Below are positions 13,201 through 26,340 of a stretch of 64,000 nt of DNA, piece after piece. The notes under the pieces were generated by a model, which had not been told where the DNA came from, searched no databases, and worked only from the letters and a program-made list of their open reading frames with translations. Made by a program: the position numbers and the translations under genes. How positions within the stretch are numbered: position 1 is the first letter of the stretch; each line of letters opens with the position of its first letter. This DNA comes from Octopus bimaculoides (taxonomy: Eukaryota), in assembly GCF_001194135.2 (NCBI RefSeq), contig NC_068984.1:134561038-134625037 (forward strand). Reading direction: 5' to 3'.

Positions 13201-14142
13201 ATCTATTTATGTTGGGCCCATCAGTAAACATCACCTTCATACGAAAAGTATACCCCAAATATTAGAATTGTCCTCTTCCGCTGCTTACACTCCCTAAATA
13301 CTGATGTAGACCAACATAAGTCTCCACAGCACCACTGGTTACTCAAATATCATAGGTTTTCCACTTCATACATCTTATTTTTAAACCATATCTCTTCATC
13401 AAAGCTAATGCAACTTATCTCTCTAATCCTTATACTAAAGATTATTCGGTTTGAAGTGTAGAATGTACCGAAACAAATTTATATCGTTATTTCCCTGGAG
13501 GATTTATGCAAGGAGAAGTGGGAGGCCAATAAATTAAGCATTAAGCTTATTTTGCAGCCGATTCAACATGTTCCCGTCTTTATAAAACTGTTTCATGACT
13601 AGTTCAAAGAAATCAATATTTAAGTACACTTTAGGACAAGCACCTTAGAAGGAGTACATGCCAATCATACAAGCGTTGCCATGCACTTTCAAACCTTAGT
13701 TCAACATTTATGCTATTAATACCACTCGAAGAGGTATGAATGTTATACTTGAAATACACCTGTCTAAAAGAAGCAATCATTCCGAACGATGTGAGTATTT
13801 GCAAATACAAGAATGACGTACGAAACATTTTCGTTTTTAAGTTCAGAGTTCAAATACAACTTGAATAAGCGTTGCTTTTCATATGTTAAGGTTTTGTTAG
13901 GAAATGTATTAGTAACATACTGAGGGAAAGTCAATTAACTACACCACCTCCTAGCAAAATGTTGACGTTCTGCTTCAACTCTCTATTCTATCAAAATCAC
14001 TTTCAAAGAAGAATGATAAAAAATCGAAAAGGCAAAATACATTACATACCTAATTCCTAAATGTGAGGCTGTGAGTTTGTGTCTGATAGCAGGACTTGCT
14101 TTTAGTCTGTGGGTAAACTGTTACATTCAAATTGAATGAAAC

Positions 14143-14554
14143 AGGCGTACGAGTGGCTGTATGGTAAGTAGCTTGCTTACGAACCACATGGTTCCGGGTT
14201 CAGTCCTACTGCGTGGCACCTTGGGCAAATGTCTTCTATTATAGCCTCGGGCTGACCAAAGCCTTGTGAGTGGATTTGGTAGACGGAAACTGAAAGAAGC
14301 CCGTCGTACATATGTATATGTGTGTGTGTGTATATGTTTGTGTGTCTGTGTTTGTACCCCCCCCCCCCCAACATCGCTTGACAACCGTTGTTGGTGTGTT
14401 TACGTCGCCGTAACTTAGCGGTTCGTCAAAGGAAACCGATAGAATAAGTACTAGGCTTACAAAGAATAAGCTCTGAGGTCGACTTGCTCGACGAAAGGCG
14501 GTGCTCCAGCATGGCCGCAGTCAAATGACTGAAACAAGTAAAAGAGTAAAAGAG
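14143..14554 (+). mobile_element. Full-length composite SINE type A (tRNA-like head, CORE-like block, internal TA/TG microsatellite, ACAAGTAAAAGAG tail)
   Basis: A-box-like TGGCTGTATGG, B-box-like GGTTCAGTCC, CCTTGGGCAA block; at least nine further copies in the window. Confidence 0.92.
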
Positions 14555-16047
14555 CTAAATTCAAACAAAATCGAGCACTTGCTGTGTAGGGTCTTTTCGA
14601 ATTTTAGACTAATAGAGAATCAGATTGCCAGTCACCGGGTTTATAGTTCGTATCCCCAGGTGACCTAGGACCTAATCACGATTAAAATAGTTTGACTTTC
14701 TCTATTGTAGCACATGTAAATATAAATAGTTACCATAATATTGTTACTATTCTTCGTCGTAGACGCTGTATAGGTTAACAAATAGTTTGGAAGCGTGTTG
14801 TTTGAAGCTTGAATCAAGCAGATATTAGTAAAACTTACCCCTGTTAATCAAGTATGAAGACAGCAGTGTTGTGGAGAATTCAATCTCCCGAAGCCACCTT
14901 CAGCAATATAAGCATGAATATATTTGATAAGAAAAACAATTAAAGAAGAAATCTATATATGTTTATGCGTGTTTATTGAAATTAAAATAAGCAGATTCAA
15001 TATCAATCGACAGCAGAAATTTCAGTCAGGTACAGTTTTCTCTCATTAGATCTTATAGTTAAGTCTTCTAACACCTGTAACTATAAATGGATTCGTCTTG
15101 TTATCAAGAAGATTAATCAAAATAGATGAATGCAAAGGAGGAAACAGCCAAGTCTAATATAACAGGAAACGATAGGAGTTATTGGATACAAAGAAATAAC
15201 GAATGACGATGAATCAATTCTGCTGAGTGCATTTCAAACTATGATCATACAATATATTTTCATGGTGAATTTTATTACGCCTGTCAGTCCCTGCTTACTC
15301 GGCTTCAGTACGCATGTCCACTTCTTCTAGTCATATCAATTACTTGTCAATGTTCAACGTGTCCTCATTTCATTTGAAGTTGATAACCTTTTATCGGCTG
15401 AATCTAGATATCGAGAACATTGTTATACTAATCAGTTGTATACTAATTGTTTTCACTGAATTAGATGGTGACTTGTAGTCACTTTACACATTTTACACAC
15501 ACGCACACACACACACTTATGTGCTGAGCATGCGCTTGCATGTGCGAATGTGACTTCATAAAAATACGAATCTTTAGCACAATGAGGCTGAATATATATT
15601 CATTGCACATAAGTGTCTAAACTGATTCACAGTTTATATATACACACGATTTCTCTGTGCTTTAGTTATATATATTACTATAACTTTAGATATATACAAA
15701 TTGCAACTATGCACATAATTAAAAATCGGTGACTGCTACTCATCTTTAAGAATGTTTTAGCATCGCTATAGCATTATTTGTAGCTATAAGTTTCTTCCTG
15801 TATCTCTATGACTGACACAAACAGATAGACGTAGACACACTTGATAAGAGAGCAGTAACCAGTCGAAACTAGTCGAGCTGTTGTTCTGTTAATTCTGCTG
15901 AAAGATCCTCGTGGATTCACCAGAGTTTACTTACACAGCGAAGCTGAATAATCTCTGTTTGTTAGATACGAATGTGAACATATTCGCAACACACATACAC
16001 ACAAGCACTCGCACACGCACACAAACACGTTTATATGCACGCATGCA

Positions 16048-16079
<32 letters not shown>

Positions 16080-16497
16080 NNNNNNNNNNNNNNNNNNNNN
16101 NNNNNNNNNNNNNNNNNNNNNNNNNNNNNNNNNNNNNNNNNNNNNNNNNNNNNNNNNNNNNNNNNNNNNNNNNNNNNNNNNNNNNNNNNNNNNNNNNNNN
16201 NNNNNNNNNNNNNNNNNNNNNNNNNNNNNNNNNNNNNNNNNNNNNNNNNNNNNNNNNNNNNNNNNNNNNNNNNNNNNNNNNNNNNNNNNNNNNNNNNNNN
16301 NNNNNNNNNNNNNNNNNNNNNNNNNNNNNNNNNNNNNNNNNNNNNNNNNNNNNNNNNNNNNNNNNNNNNNNNNNNNNNNNNNNNNNNNNNNNNNNNNNNN
16401 NNNNNNNNNNNNNNNNNNNNNNNNNNNNNTGTGTGTGGTGGGGGTGTAACTTTATGTGGTCTGATGAGATGACAGGCGGCACGCTTTACATACATAT

Positions 16498-16538
<41 letters not shown>

Positions 16539-16791
16539 GATTGACAGAGTGGTTTAATATGGAGAAGGTATTTCATAGGTTGAATTATGTGGTCAACTCT
16601 TAGGAATAAATCTATTGATGTGACACTTAATATACCCGGATTCGTTCTTGCACACGAACCGTACAACCGGACGGAAGTCTGTGTGGAACAGCAATCCTGA
16701 TTACATAATCTGCTTGTTTCTTTTTCCCTATCCTGCCTTTCCCACTCTTTCTCTGTCCATGTATGTATATATGTATGTATGTATGTATGTA

Positions 16792-16822
<31 letters not shown>

Positions 16823-17718
16823 GGCTATTCGTCTGTGAAGATCCCGTCGATCTCACTCCGTGGTGGTCTCTTACTAGTTTATTATGTTTCCGGAAGGCTC
16901 TTTTTGGCTACTGGTTGACTTGAGCCAGGTGCGCATCTGGCCTGCAGTTACTATCAAATAAAATCACAGTACTTTTAGGACACGGATCGATCGCTCTCTT
17001 TTTCTATATAGTAATACTTGTTAAGTCATTAAAGTCTGCCGGTACATCTTTATTTAGATCTTGTAAGAAAATGCTGCAGCTGGTAGTCAAGCATATAGCC
17101 TCCAATTTTGGAGTACTCGTTTGCTATTTTATCGTGCCTAGGGCCCATTTCGTTTGTAGGGGTTTGGTAACTCTCTTGACTTCTGTGTTAGTATCACTTG
17201 CTACACTGCGCTGGAGGAAATATTGTTTTCTATAATTGAGTTACTTCTGGCTGATCTGAAAATAAAATGGCAAATGAAGAGACACCTAGGAAACATTTGC
17301 AATGTGAAATGTGACTCTGACAGAACTGGCAGAGTCAAAAGTCACCTTTTTAGTAAGTAAATTAACATCATAGTGTTGCAGAATTTATTGTGTAGTTACT
17401 ATATTTCGTACAGTTTAATCAATCCAATGCGTAGAAGTAAATAAATAAATAATTAAATAATCAACATACGATGGATGATGTAATAGAAATGATGTAACCA
17501 AGAACAGACAATAAAAGAAATAATACATTATATATTTGTTTTAATCTCTCGTTGAGAAGAGTGTCGCAGTGGAAGCCGTGCTGGATCCATAACTCAGAGC
17601 TTCGCAATTCGAAACTATGCTCTGCAAAGAGATCGATGCTATTTTTTAAAAATTATACATCGCAAATGAGATGTCTACTTATATACCAATAATATACATG
17701 TACGTATGTGTGTGTGTG

Positions 17719-18098
17719 TTGGCATTCCTTCGCTTACGATGTCGAGGGTTCCAGTTGATCCGATCAACGGAACAGCCTGCTCGTGAAATTAACGTGCAAG
17801 TGGCTGAGCACTCCACAGACACGTGTACCCTTAACGTAGTTCTCGGGGATATTCAGTGTGACACAGTGTGACAAGGCTGACCCTTTGAAATACAGGTACA
17901 ACAGAAACAGGAAGTAAGAGTGACAGAAAGTTGTGGGGAAAGAGTACAGCAGGGTTCGCCACCATCCCCTGCCGGAGCCTCGTGGAGCTTCAGGTGTTTT
18001 CACTCAATAAACACACACAACGGCCGGTCTGGGAATCGAAACCGCGATCCTATGACCGCGAGTCCGCCTCCCTAACCATTGGGCCATTGCGCCTCCAC
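17719..18098 (-). mobile_element. tRNA-headed SINE type C, well preserved
   Basis: Minus strand: A box TGGCCCAATGG, B box GTTTCGATTCC. 3' part GCAGGCTGTTCCGTTGATCGGATCAACTGGAACC is shared with the 37298-37652 copy. Confidence 0.88.
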
Positions 18099-18344
18099 TC
18101 ATGTACGTATATCTACTGGAATAAGTACAAATTATATGATGCAGTAGAAATTTATTCACAGTCAGCAACTGACAAGGCTACACCAAAAGTTAAGTTGCGT
18201 TGTGGGCACACAGGGCAACAAGACTTTGCTTTTAGTAAATAGGATTTAAGGAATTATTAGCGTTTGTATCGGAATTTTGTTAATCCCATTCATATCAAAC
18301 AAAACGGTTTTAGAATATCATCAACGTCCCCCACCCTCAAGCTA

Positions 18345-19740
18345 GAATTGATTTGAGCAATATTCTCCAGGATGATCCAGTTATGTTTACTTTTATTGAG
18401 GAGCCTGCCTGTGAATGGATGGAACAAAAGTTGTTGTGAAAAACCCATGTGTATCACGTTTGTTAATTGTTAGATTTCCTGAATTTTCTTTCTTCGTCTT
18501 TAATTTTTAGGTTTGAGGAAATCTTGCATTCCTGATAAAACATTCTTTTTCTTTTGAACGCCGACAATAATTTTTTGAGGCGACGAAAGCTTTTCTCTTT
18601 TCACCGTTGAGCTGTTGTAGTTGTTTGTTTGTCATTATCATCGAAGCAAGCTTGGCACCTTTTCTCGAACCCATTGTTTCCTCGCATAAACTGATGATAA
18701 TACTCTTTATTGATTTCCGCGTTCGTCCACAGATAGTGAGATTTGTTGAGGCAGCAGTTCTTCAAGATAGTATCGAAACATGTATACATGATTGACAGAG
18801 GATGTCAGCTCTGAATTTATTCTTGTACTTCTGATATTTATGCTTTCATTTGGTCCAATCTTCATTTTTATGAAGGGCGAAACGAGGTGAGCTCTTGTTT
18901 TTAGTACCTCTTGTTGACCGCAAGATTTTCGGATGATATAATTGATGGAATGCCGTTCTTTGAAGCATGGTTATTGCTAGGAGACTCTGTGCCTTGTGAA
19001 AGAGGGTTGTTATAATCCCAGTTTGTGTTCACAACATTCGGTGAGAAAGCGTTTCTATTAAAGGTGGCTTTGTCAACCTCCTTGCTGATTATTCTAGTTC
19101 AGAATTAATCATCTTCCTCTAGTTGAGTAATGAAATATTCTAAACGAATAGTTTTATTACTAGGGACTAAAAAATGAATTCGTCAAGTAGGACGGAAGTT
19201 CTGTTATTCTTTTATCTTCAATGCCTAGAAATAGAGCATAGATGCTTGGTGTGGAGGTTCTTGAAGAGTTGGATTCGAAAAATTAAGAGATACTACATGA
19301 ATCTCAGTACTTGCTCTTTTGGAGTGTGATATAGGCTCTTTCTGACGGCAAACCTTCTCGATTGTTCAGGATGATATCTCTCCAGGAGTGGAAGTGGGAG
19401 GTGGGGAAGTTGATTTTGCATTGCTTTCTTTTTAGGCGTCTTCTCCAGCTCACAGTAACAATGTTGAATTTATGAAGTTCCCAGACATAACTAGTTCTCT
19501 TGGATGATCTGTAGGAGTTTGGGGTGTCCATGAGAGTTCGTATATTCCAGATTCCAAATTCAATGGTTTTATTTTTGTTTTTCAAGTGTTTGAAGATGAT
19601 TTCATTAGCTGTGGCTTTCCAAGCAGATGAGATGAGGACTACTAATTTGGTTTTCTTCCCCTTTTCTCAATTCAAGATGAGTTGAGCTGGTCTTAGGTTA
19701 CGGTTCAGGCTTAAATGCTGCTGCTGAACAACTACTCTGC
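18345..19740 (-). mobile_element. Decayed RTE (BovB-like) LINE: 5' UTR, endonuclease and linker
   Basis: ORF 19304-19585 KTIEFGIWNIRTLMDTPNSYRSSKRT matches the RTE endonuclease N-terminus (TWNVRTL...DRPERRTALV). Downstream are GFEKRCQACFDDNDKQ (cf. RKHQDWFDEND) and RLLNK...ILENIAQ (cf. LLNRPS...LDQIPQ). Confidence 0.85.
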
Positions 19741-20219
19741 TTCTTTTCAAAAGGCGAGTGATTGAATCGAGTATTCTCTATTTACTACTGGTTCTTGTAT
19801 AGGAACTTCCAATACTCATTTGCTTGCTCCCATCGCACATTCTCGGTCGCCAAACAATCTCGTAAATTTTCTGAAGGTCCACAGAACGGTGGCGTCTTCG
19901 GGTGTGTTTGTTCAAACTGTATTTTTGATTCACTTCAAGATACATATAATTTTTGCACATTGACCAACTAAATGCAGTGGTACCTCTAGCTCTCAAGACA
20001 CTTGAAGCTCATGGATCTGTTGCAAACTTCATTCATCTTCATTCACCATGTTTCTGTCCTGATTTCTGTGATCCAGCTGTAAGTATCAATTCTTACTCTC
20101 TTTAAATTGTATTCAATCGTTAACCAACTATGAACGACGTTTTCTTCATTCCTTGACCATAACTAAGCCAACAGACGTTTCCTTCTACTGACATTTCTTT
20201 AGCTTTCTCTAAGATGATA

Positions 20220-20777
20220 GTGTTCCTGATTCTAACATCCCGGATAATGATCATAGTTTGCACCATGAATCCAGAGAGTTCTTACCTATTTGCGCTGTAA
20301 CGTTCATGGCTCAGATCCATAAAATATAGTACATAATTATATTGCTCGGTATACTTTAGAATTCACAAATATGCTTGTTGTTCCACAGTCATTCTCTCAT
20401 CACCTGAATTTCAGAATGGCCTTGTACATCCCACTTAGGTTTTCACTAAGGTAATTACGGGGAGAATCCTCGTAAGAGTGTTACTATATAGACTAACAAA
20501 CTTGCCATAGTTCTACTCCAAGTTCACTGTCGATTCATCTGTCGAGAAAGCATCATGGATATAGTTTTCTGTTTCTGTCAGATTCAGGAAAAATGTGTAG
20601 AACAAAGTATATGATCTTCATTGACATCATGGAATCATATGCCATATAAAACTCAACAACGGCTCTGTAGTGAATGATGTTTCAGTGAGGGTCAATCAGG
20701 ATTGACTGCTAGGGCCAAAGGTTTCTTATCACTCTTTCTGTCATCAGTGTTCAAGGAGATATTCTATATCTTAAGCG

Positions 20778-20780
<3 letters not shown>
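20220..20780 (+). mobile_element. Decayed RTE reverse-transcriptase fragment, opposite strand to the adjacent endonuclease piece
   Basis: GNYG(RG), ILVRVLLYRLTN and MDIVFCFCQIQEKCVEQS (cf. DMVFSVRQLQEKCIEQ), then a degenerate GVxQG-like block near 20690. Confidence 0.8.
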
Positions 20781-20815
<35 letters not shown>

Positions 20816-21068
20816 TATGTGTATACATATATGTGTTCATACATATGTGTATATGTATGTCTGTATGTCTGTATGTCTGTATGTCAGGATGGGTATATAT
20901 ATATATATATATACATACATATTTGCGTGTGTGCATGTACATATATATATATGAATATATGTATATATATATAAGTATATATGTGTATATACATATGTGT
21001 ATATATATTTGTGTATTTGTATATATATATATGTATGTATGTACATATGTATGTCCGTATGTCTGGAT

Positions 21069-21121
<53 letters not shown>

Positions 21122-22055
21122 TATTTGCGTGTGTGTATGTACATATATATATTTGCATGTGTGTATGTGTGTGTATATGTATATACATATACACATGTGT
21201 CTATCAAGCAAGTTAGCCACACACACACACACACACACATGTATAACATAAACTATCCGCTAAAAACTTGACTGCATTGTATAGAGGCTGGCTATCCCTC
21301 TCTTATCGTTAGTGAAACCAAATATGGCTAGTCTTATTTGACTGGTGAAGAAAAAAAAACAAAAAACAAAACAAAAAACTGCAAAACAGATAATTAAAAA
21401 TCACATCTTCTTTGTCCACGATTTGAAAACATAGAAAGAATAGAATTACAATATTATAATTTTTATTACAGCTAAGGCTTTCTCATATCTAAAGTTATTT
21501 CAATCTGTAAGATTCACGCCATGATTTGCATCACAATANNNNNNNNNNNNNNNNNNNNNNNNNNNNNNNNNNNNNNNNNNNNNNNNNNNNNNNNNNNNNN
21601 NNNNNNNNNNNNNNNNNNNNNNNNNNNNNNNNNNNNNNNNNNNNNNNNNNNNNNNNNNNNNNNNNNNNNNNNNNNNNNNNNNNNNNNNNNNNNNNNNNNN
21701 NNNNNNNNNNNNNNNNNNNNNNNNNNNNNNNNNNNNNNNNNNNNNNNNNNNNNNNNNNNNNNNNNNNNNNNNNNNNNNNNNNNNNNNNNNNNNNNNNNNN
21801 NNNNNNNNNNNNNNNNNNNNNNNNNNNNNNNNNNNNNNNNNNNNNNNNNNNNNNNNNNNNNNNNNNNNNNNNNNNNNNNNNNNNNNNNNNNNNNNNNNNN
21901 NNNNNNNNNNNNNNNNNNNNNNNNNNNNNNNNNNNNNNNNNNNNNNNNNNNNNNNNNNNNNNNNNNNNNNNNNNNNNNNNNNNNNNNNNNNNNNNNNNNN
22001 NNNNNNNNNNNNNNNNNNNNNNNNNNNNNNNNNNNNNNNNNNNNNNNNNNNNNNN

Positions 22056-22095
<40 letters not shown>

Positions 22096-22927
22096 TGTGT
22101 GTGTATCGATATAAATATGAATAGAGATATGAGAGTAATTAGAAGGTAGAATTTTTTAAAATCATTGTCACTAGCTTATTATTAGTGTATACAATGGGCC
22201 ATAGTTGAATCAGGGTGGTGTAGATATTGAAGCACCAAATGATAATTAGTTTATCAATCAGTTGTTTAGCAATCAAAGGGCAGATCATCCAGGCAGAAGT
22301 TTTTTATTGTCGACTCATTAAATTCCTAATTGCTGTTATTAACATTATTCACTCGAATATAGAAGATATTTAGCATCTGTTTAATCATTTAATGAAAGCA
22401 CTGATGGCTAATTCAATAGAAGACTAGACAACCAACCAAAAGATCGGTTCACTTATTATATGCACTCTGTTAGTAGCAATTACAACGTGTCCGTGACAAA
22501 TATACTCAACTTTCCAATGTGTCCGTCTTCTACGTAGCTTGAAATACGTATCACAGGATTGAAACATCTCATCATTGTAATAATCCACAACACGCGGTAT
22601 ACTAGAAAGGCATTGCGTTAGACTGTAATGCTGGATTCACAATCTCCAATATGGTATGAGAAAACTTGGCAGAATTTCTCATAGATCAAGGTACATGAGG
22701 TTGTAGTATTTTGCAAAGGTCATGGCTATCCCCCTTCTTAAAGTATATATCTTTTGTCTTTTACTTGTTTCAGTCGCTGGACAGCGGACTTGCTAGCACA
22801 TCGCTATGCAGGGTTTTGTCGATCAAATTGTCTTGTCGATCAACACTTATTGTTTCAAAGTTGTGCTACTTATTCGGTTTCTTTTGTTGAACTGCCAATG
22901 TTACGAGGATGTAAAAGCCCAATACAC

Positions 22928-22964
<37 letters not shown>

Positions 22965-23498
22965 TTGGTATTATGCAAAAGGGTCGTAAGTCCAAAACGT
23001 TGCTTTTTCAGAAAACGAAAATATAGCTTCACCATTCCATACCAAAATCGTTGTACCACACCTTGACAATTTTTAATAGCTTGGCATCTTCTGAAGTAGC
23101 TGGAGATATGATGGTTTGACTATATATATATAGTTGCTAGGAAGGACACAATATTTTGTTTTGCACCTTTAATATACCAATAAACATATTAAAAGCTTAC
23201 AAGTCAATATAGTGTCTTACGTTTGTGTTAGCAGTGAGATATTCTCACATTTAAATTTATCTCCATAGATTTTCTATAGAATTCAGAGCCAACACGGAAC
23301 CTTACGACGTTTCGTATACAAATAAATATATATGCAAATTCTCTTATAGTGCATCGGCCGAACAAGAGCTATAGAAGAAGACACATGACCAAAATTCCAC
23401 ACAGTAGGACTGAACTCCAAACTACGTGATTGCAAAGCAAGCTTCTTAAACATAAAACTATGCTTGCACCAATATAATACACAAAAATTAACAATGCT

Positions 23499-23674
23499 GC
23501 AGGAGTGGCTGTGTGGTAAGTAGCTTGCTTACCAACCACATGGTTCTGGGTTCAGTCCCACTGCGTGGCACCTTGGGCAAGTGTCTTCTACTATAGCCTC
23601 GGGCCGACCAAAGCCTTCTGAGTGGATTTGGTAGACGGAAACTGAAAGAAGCCCGTCATATATANNNNNNNNNN

Positions 23675-23722
<48 letters not shown>

Positions 23723-23957
23723 AGTGTGTCAGTGTGTGTGTCTATATGTTTGTGCTTCTGTGTTTATCCCTCAACATCACTTGACAACCGATGCTGGTGT
23801 GTTTACGTCCCCGAAACTTAGCGGTTCGGCAAAAGAGACCAATAGAATAAGTACTAAGCTTACAAAGAATAAGTCCTGGGGTCGATTTCTTCGACTAAGG
23901 GTGGTGCTCCAGCATGGCCACAGTGAAATGACTGAAAGAAGTAAACGAGTAAAAGAG
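23499..23957 (+). mobile_element. Full-length SINE type A with an N-gap in its internal microsatellite
   Basis: High similarity to 14143-14554. Confidence 0.92.
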
Positions 23958-24474
23958 TTCGAAAGCTGGACAATATATCAACTCACAGGAAATGTAGTTC
24001 TTGTCTTAAGGTAATCACCGCAGAATACAGCACAGAATAGTTTCGTTGGATAAGTAACAAAGTCAATGTCCTCGGTAAACAATAAGTATCACTGACGTCT
24101 ATTAATAAAAACATAAGTAGAAAAACAATGGATCTTCGCTGCTAAATAAGAAGTGATTATGAAGACATCCGTTTAGGAAACCATCTTAACGCCTCTGCAT
24201 TATAGTAACTGTGTTGTTTGTTTCTCAGTTTGTAGTAAAACTAAAGTGTTTCTTCAATTTTTGAGATCTACTATGAAGAATAGTATCAGGTGATTTTAAA
24301 TACTTTTGGTAGAATGACCGATTTATTTCAATCTAAATGACATTTCATGCATCGAATATATTTATTATCCATTATAACTGAATATCCGTTCCACCGAAAA
24401 CTATTCCTACTAATTATTGTGGATGGGAATACTGTATAGATTCAGTATCCTAGAATGTTATAATACATACATAC

Positions 24475-24529
<55 letters not shown>

Positions 24530-24668
24530 TAGATAGATATATATGTATATATATGTGTGTATATATATATATTATATATATATATGTTAATACGCACACA
24601 CACATTTTTTGCTTAGGCATTTCGACTAATAACCTGCTTAAAGCATTTTCTGCCTTGTCTTATTTTCC

Positions 24669-24700
<32 letters not shown>

Positions 24701-24883
24701 NNNNNNNNNNCACACACACACACGCACGCACACACACATCGTTTAAATTTCTCAACGGGAAACGTTTTGAATATGCAGATAAATCTCCTATTGCATTACA
24801 CCGGCCATAGTCTGATACTGCTAACTGGTGAATCAGTTTTTAGGGGTTGCATCACGCTGTACCGATATAATGTAGGATAAATA

Positions 24884-25318
24884 TAGTAATAATAACAATA
24901 ATTCTGGGATGGATTTTATAAATATTTAATGCTTCCAAATCTCGTCTCCTAAGATCACAGTCCGTATTCCTGGGATGATTACTGTGTAATCCGTAGTATC
25001 CGTGGACATCGGGTAGTTCATCTTCATGCGTTTATTTCTTCAGGTGATATAACATTGATGGATGTTTATCACCCTTGACCAGTGTCAAGGTCAAAAGGGG
25101 TAAACGTCACTCTGATAAACAGTCATCAATGTTATATTGCCTGAAGAAATGAATGCATGAAGATGATCCACTCGATGCCCGCGGATACTACGGACTTCAA
25201 TGTAACCTGCCCAGGAATGAGGATTGTGATCTTAAGAGACATGTGATTTGTGGAAACGCGCGTAGCGATGCATTAAATGCTTATAAATTCCATCTAAGGA
25301 TTATTGTTACTATTACTG
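24884..25318. mobile_element. Palindromic MITE, Tc1/mariner/pogo type (TA target duplication, CAGT-like termini)
   Basis: Arms ~24884-25071 and ~25104-25318 are imperfect reverse complements, with a 13-nt indel. Ends are TA|tAGTAAT...ATTACTG|TA. Confidence 0.8.
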
Positions 25319-25559
25319 TATATATATATATATATATGTGTGTGAGTGCGCGCGTGTGTGTGTGTGATTGTTGTGTCTGTGCGCCTGTGTGTCTGTAAAT
25401 GATGTGCACATATAAGTATGTATATAAATCTCCCTTTTCTTTATCTCTTCCGTTCTCTGCAGAGAGATATCGGGGATCATGCACTCCCACGCTCACTTGT
25501 CTAGCATTCAGTTTTGTATATCACTGACTCAGTCACTGAAGCCATCTGATTTCTGTTGG

Positions 25560-26340
25560 GTATGTTCTCTCTGTGTTTTTTTCTACCTTCACTTCCTTTC
25601 ATTTTCTGTTTGTCAGCTGGAGTTGAAGGCTTATTCTTTTCTCTTACGGTGTTAGTGAACCGAGCCTAACGTCTCCTAGTGCTGTTGAGAATTTTTCTGG
25701 TGGTCTTTGCACATCTAATGAGTTCGATGTTTATCATGCTATCTGTATAAAATACATTCATTATTCTTTTAAGGTATAGATAGGCTTTTGTACATTTTTG
25801 TTGATATTCAAGGTCAAAAGACCATATGTAAGGACGAATCTTATGTCTGCCTCTAAGTCTCTTTTCTTCACTCTTATTGACAGCAATTTATGTAGCAATA
25901 TATATTTCATTTCACCATAAATAGTCTTGTCTTGGCCAATTTTCAACTTAATTTCTTTGATGATTTTCCATTTGATGCAATGATCGTTTTTACATATTTA
26001 AAAATATCGTCTTCTTTCTAGGTTGTTCCATTAATTCTTTTGTTGTAAATTAATGTTATTTTCTTTGAAAATTGTCTTACTGTTAAGACTTAGGCTCATA
26101 TTAATAGCAATGTTTGTAGATATTTCTCTGTTGTTACTATGAAAACTTCATCGTCTGCACACTTGGTATTGTTGTTATCTTCTCTTATCTGCATAATAGG
26201 TCGTATAATTATTTTGCAGTATAATGAAAGCCGTTTTGCGAACAGTACACATACCTGTCGTACTCCTCTCATAGTTTTCTCATACTATTCTGTTACATTT
26301 TCTATGCTGATTGCTGCTGTTTGTAGCCAATATATGTTCT
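25560..26340 (-). mobile_element. Decayed RTE LINE, reverse transcriptase C-terminal half
   Basis: RGVRQVCV, NNNTKCADD (YADD motif) and KIGQDKTIYGEMKYILLHKLLSIRVKKR...FVLTYG (ORF 25761-25946). Confidence 0.82.
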
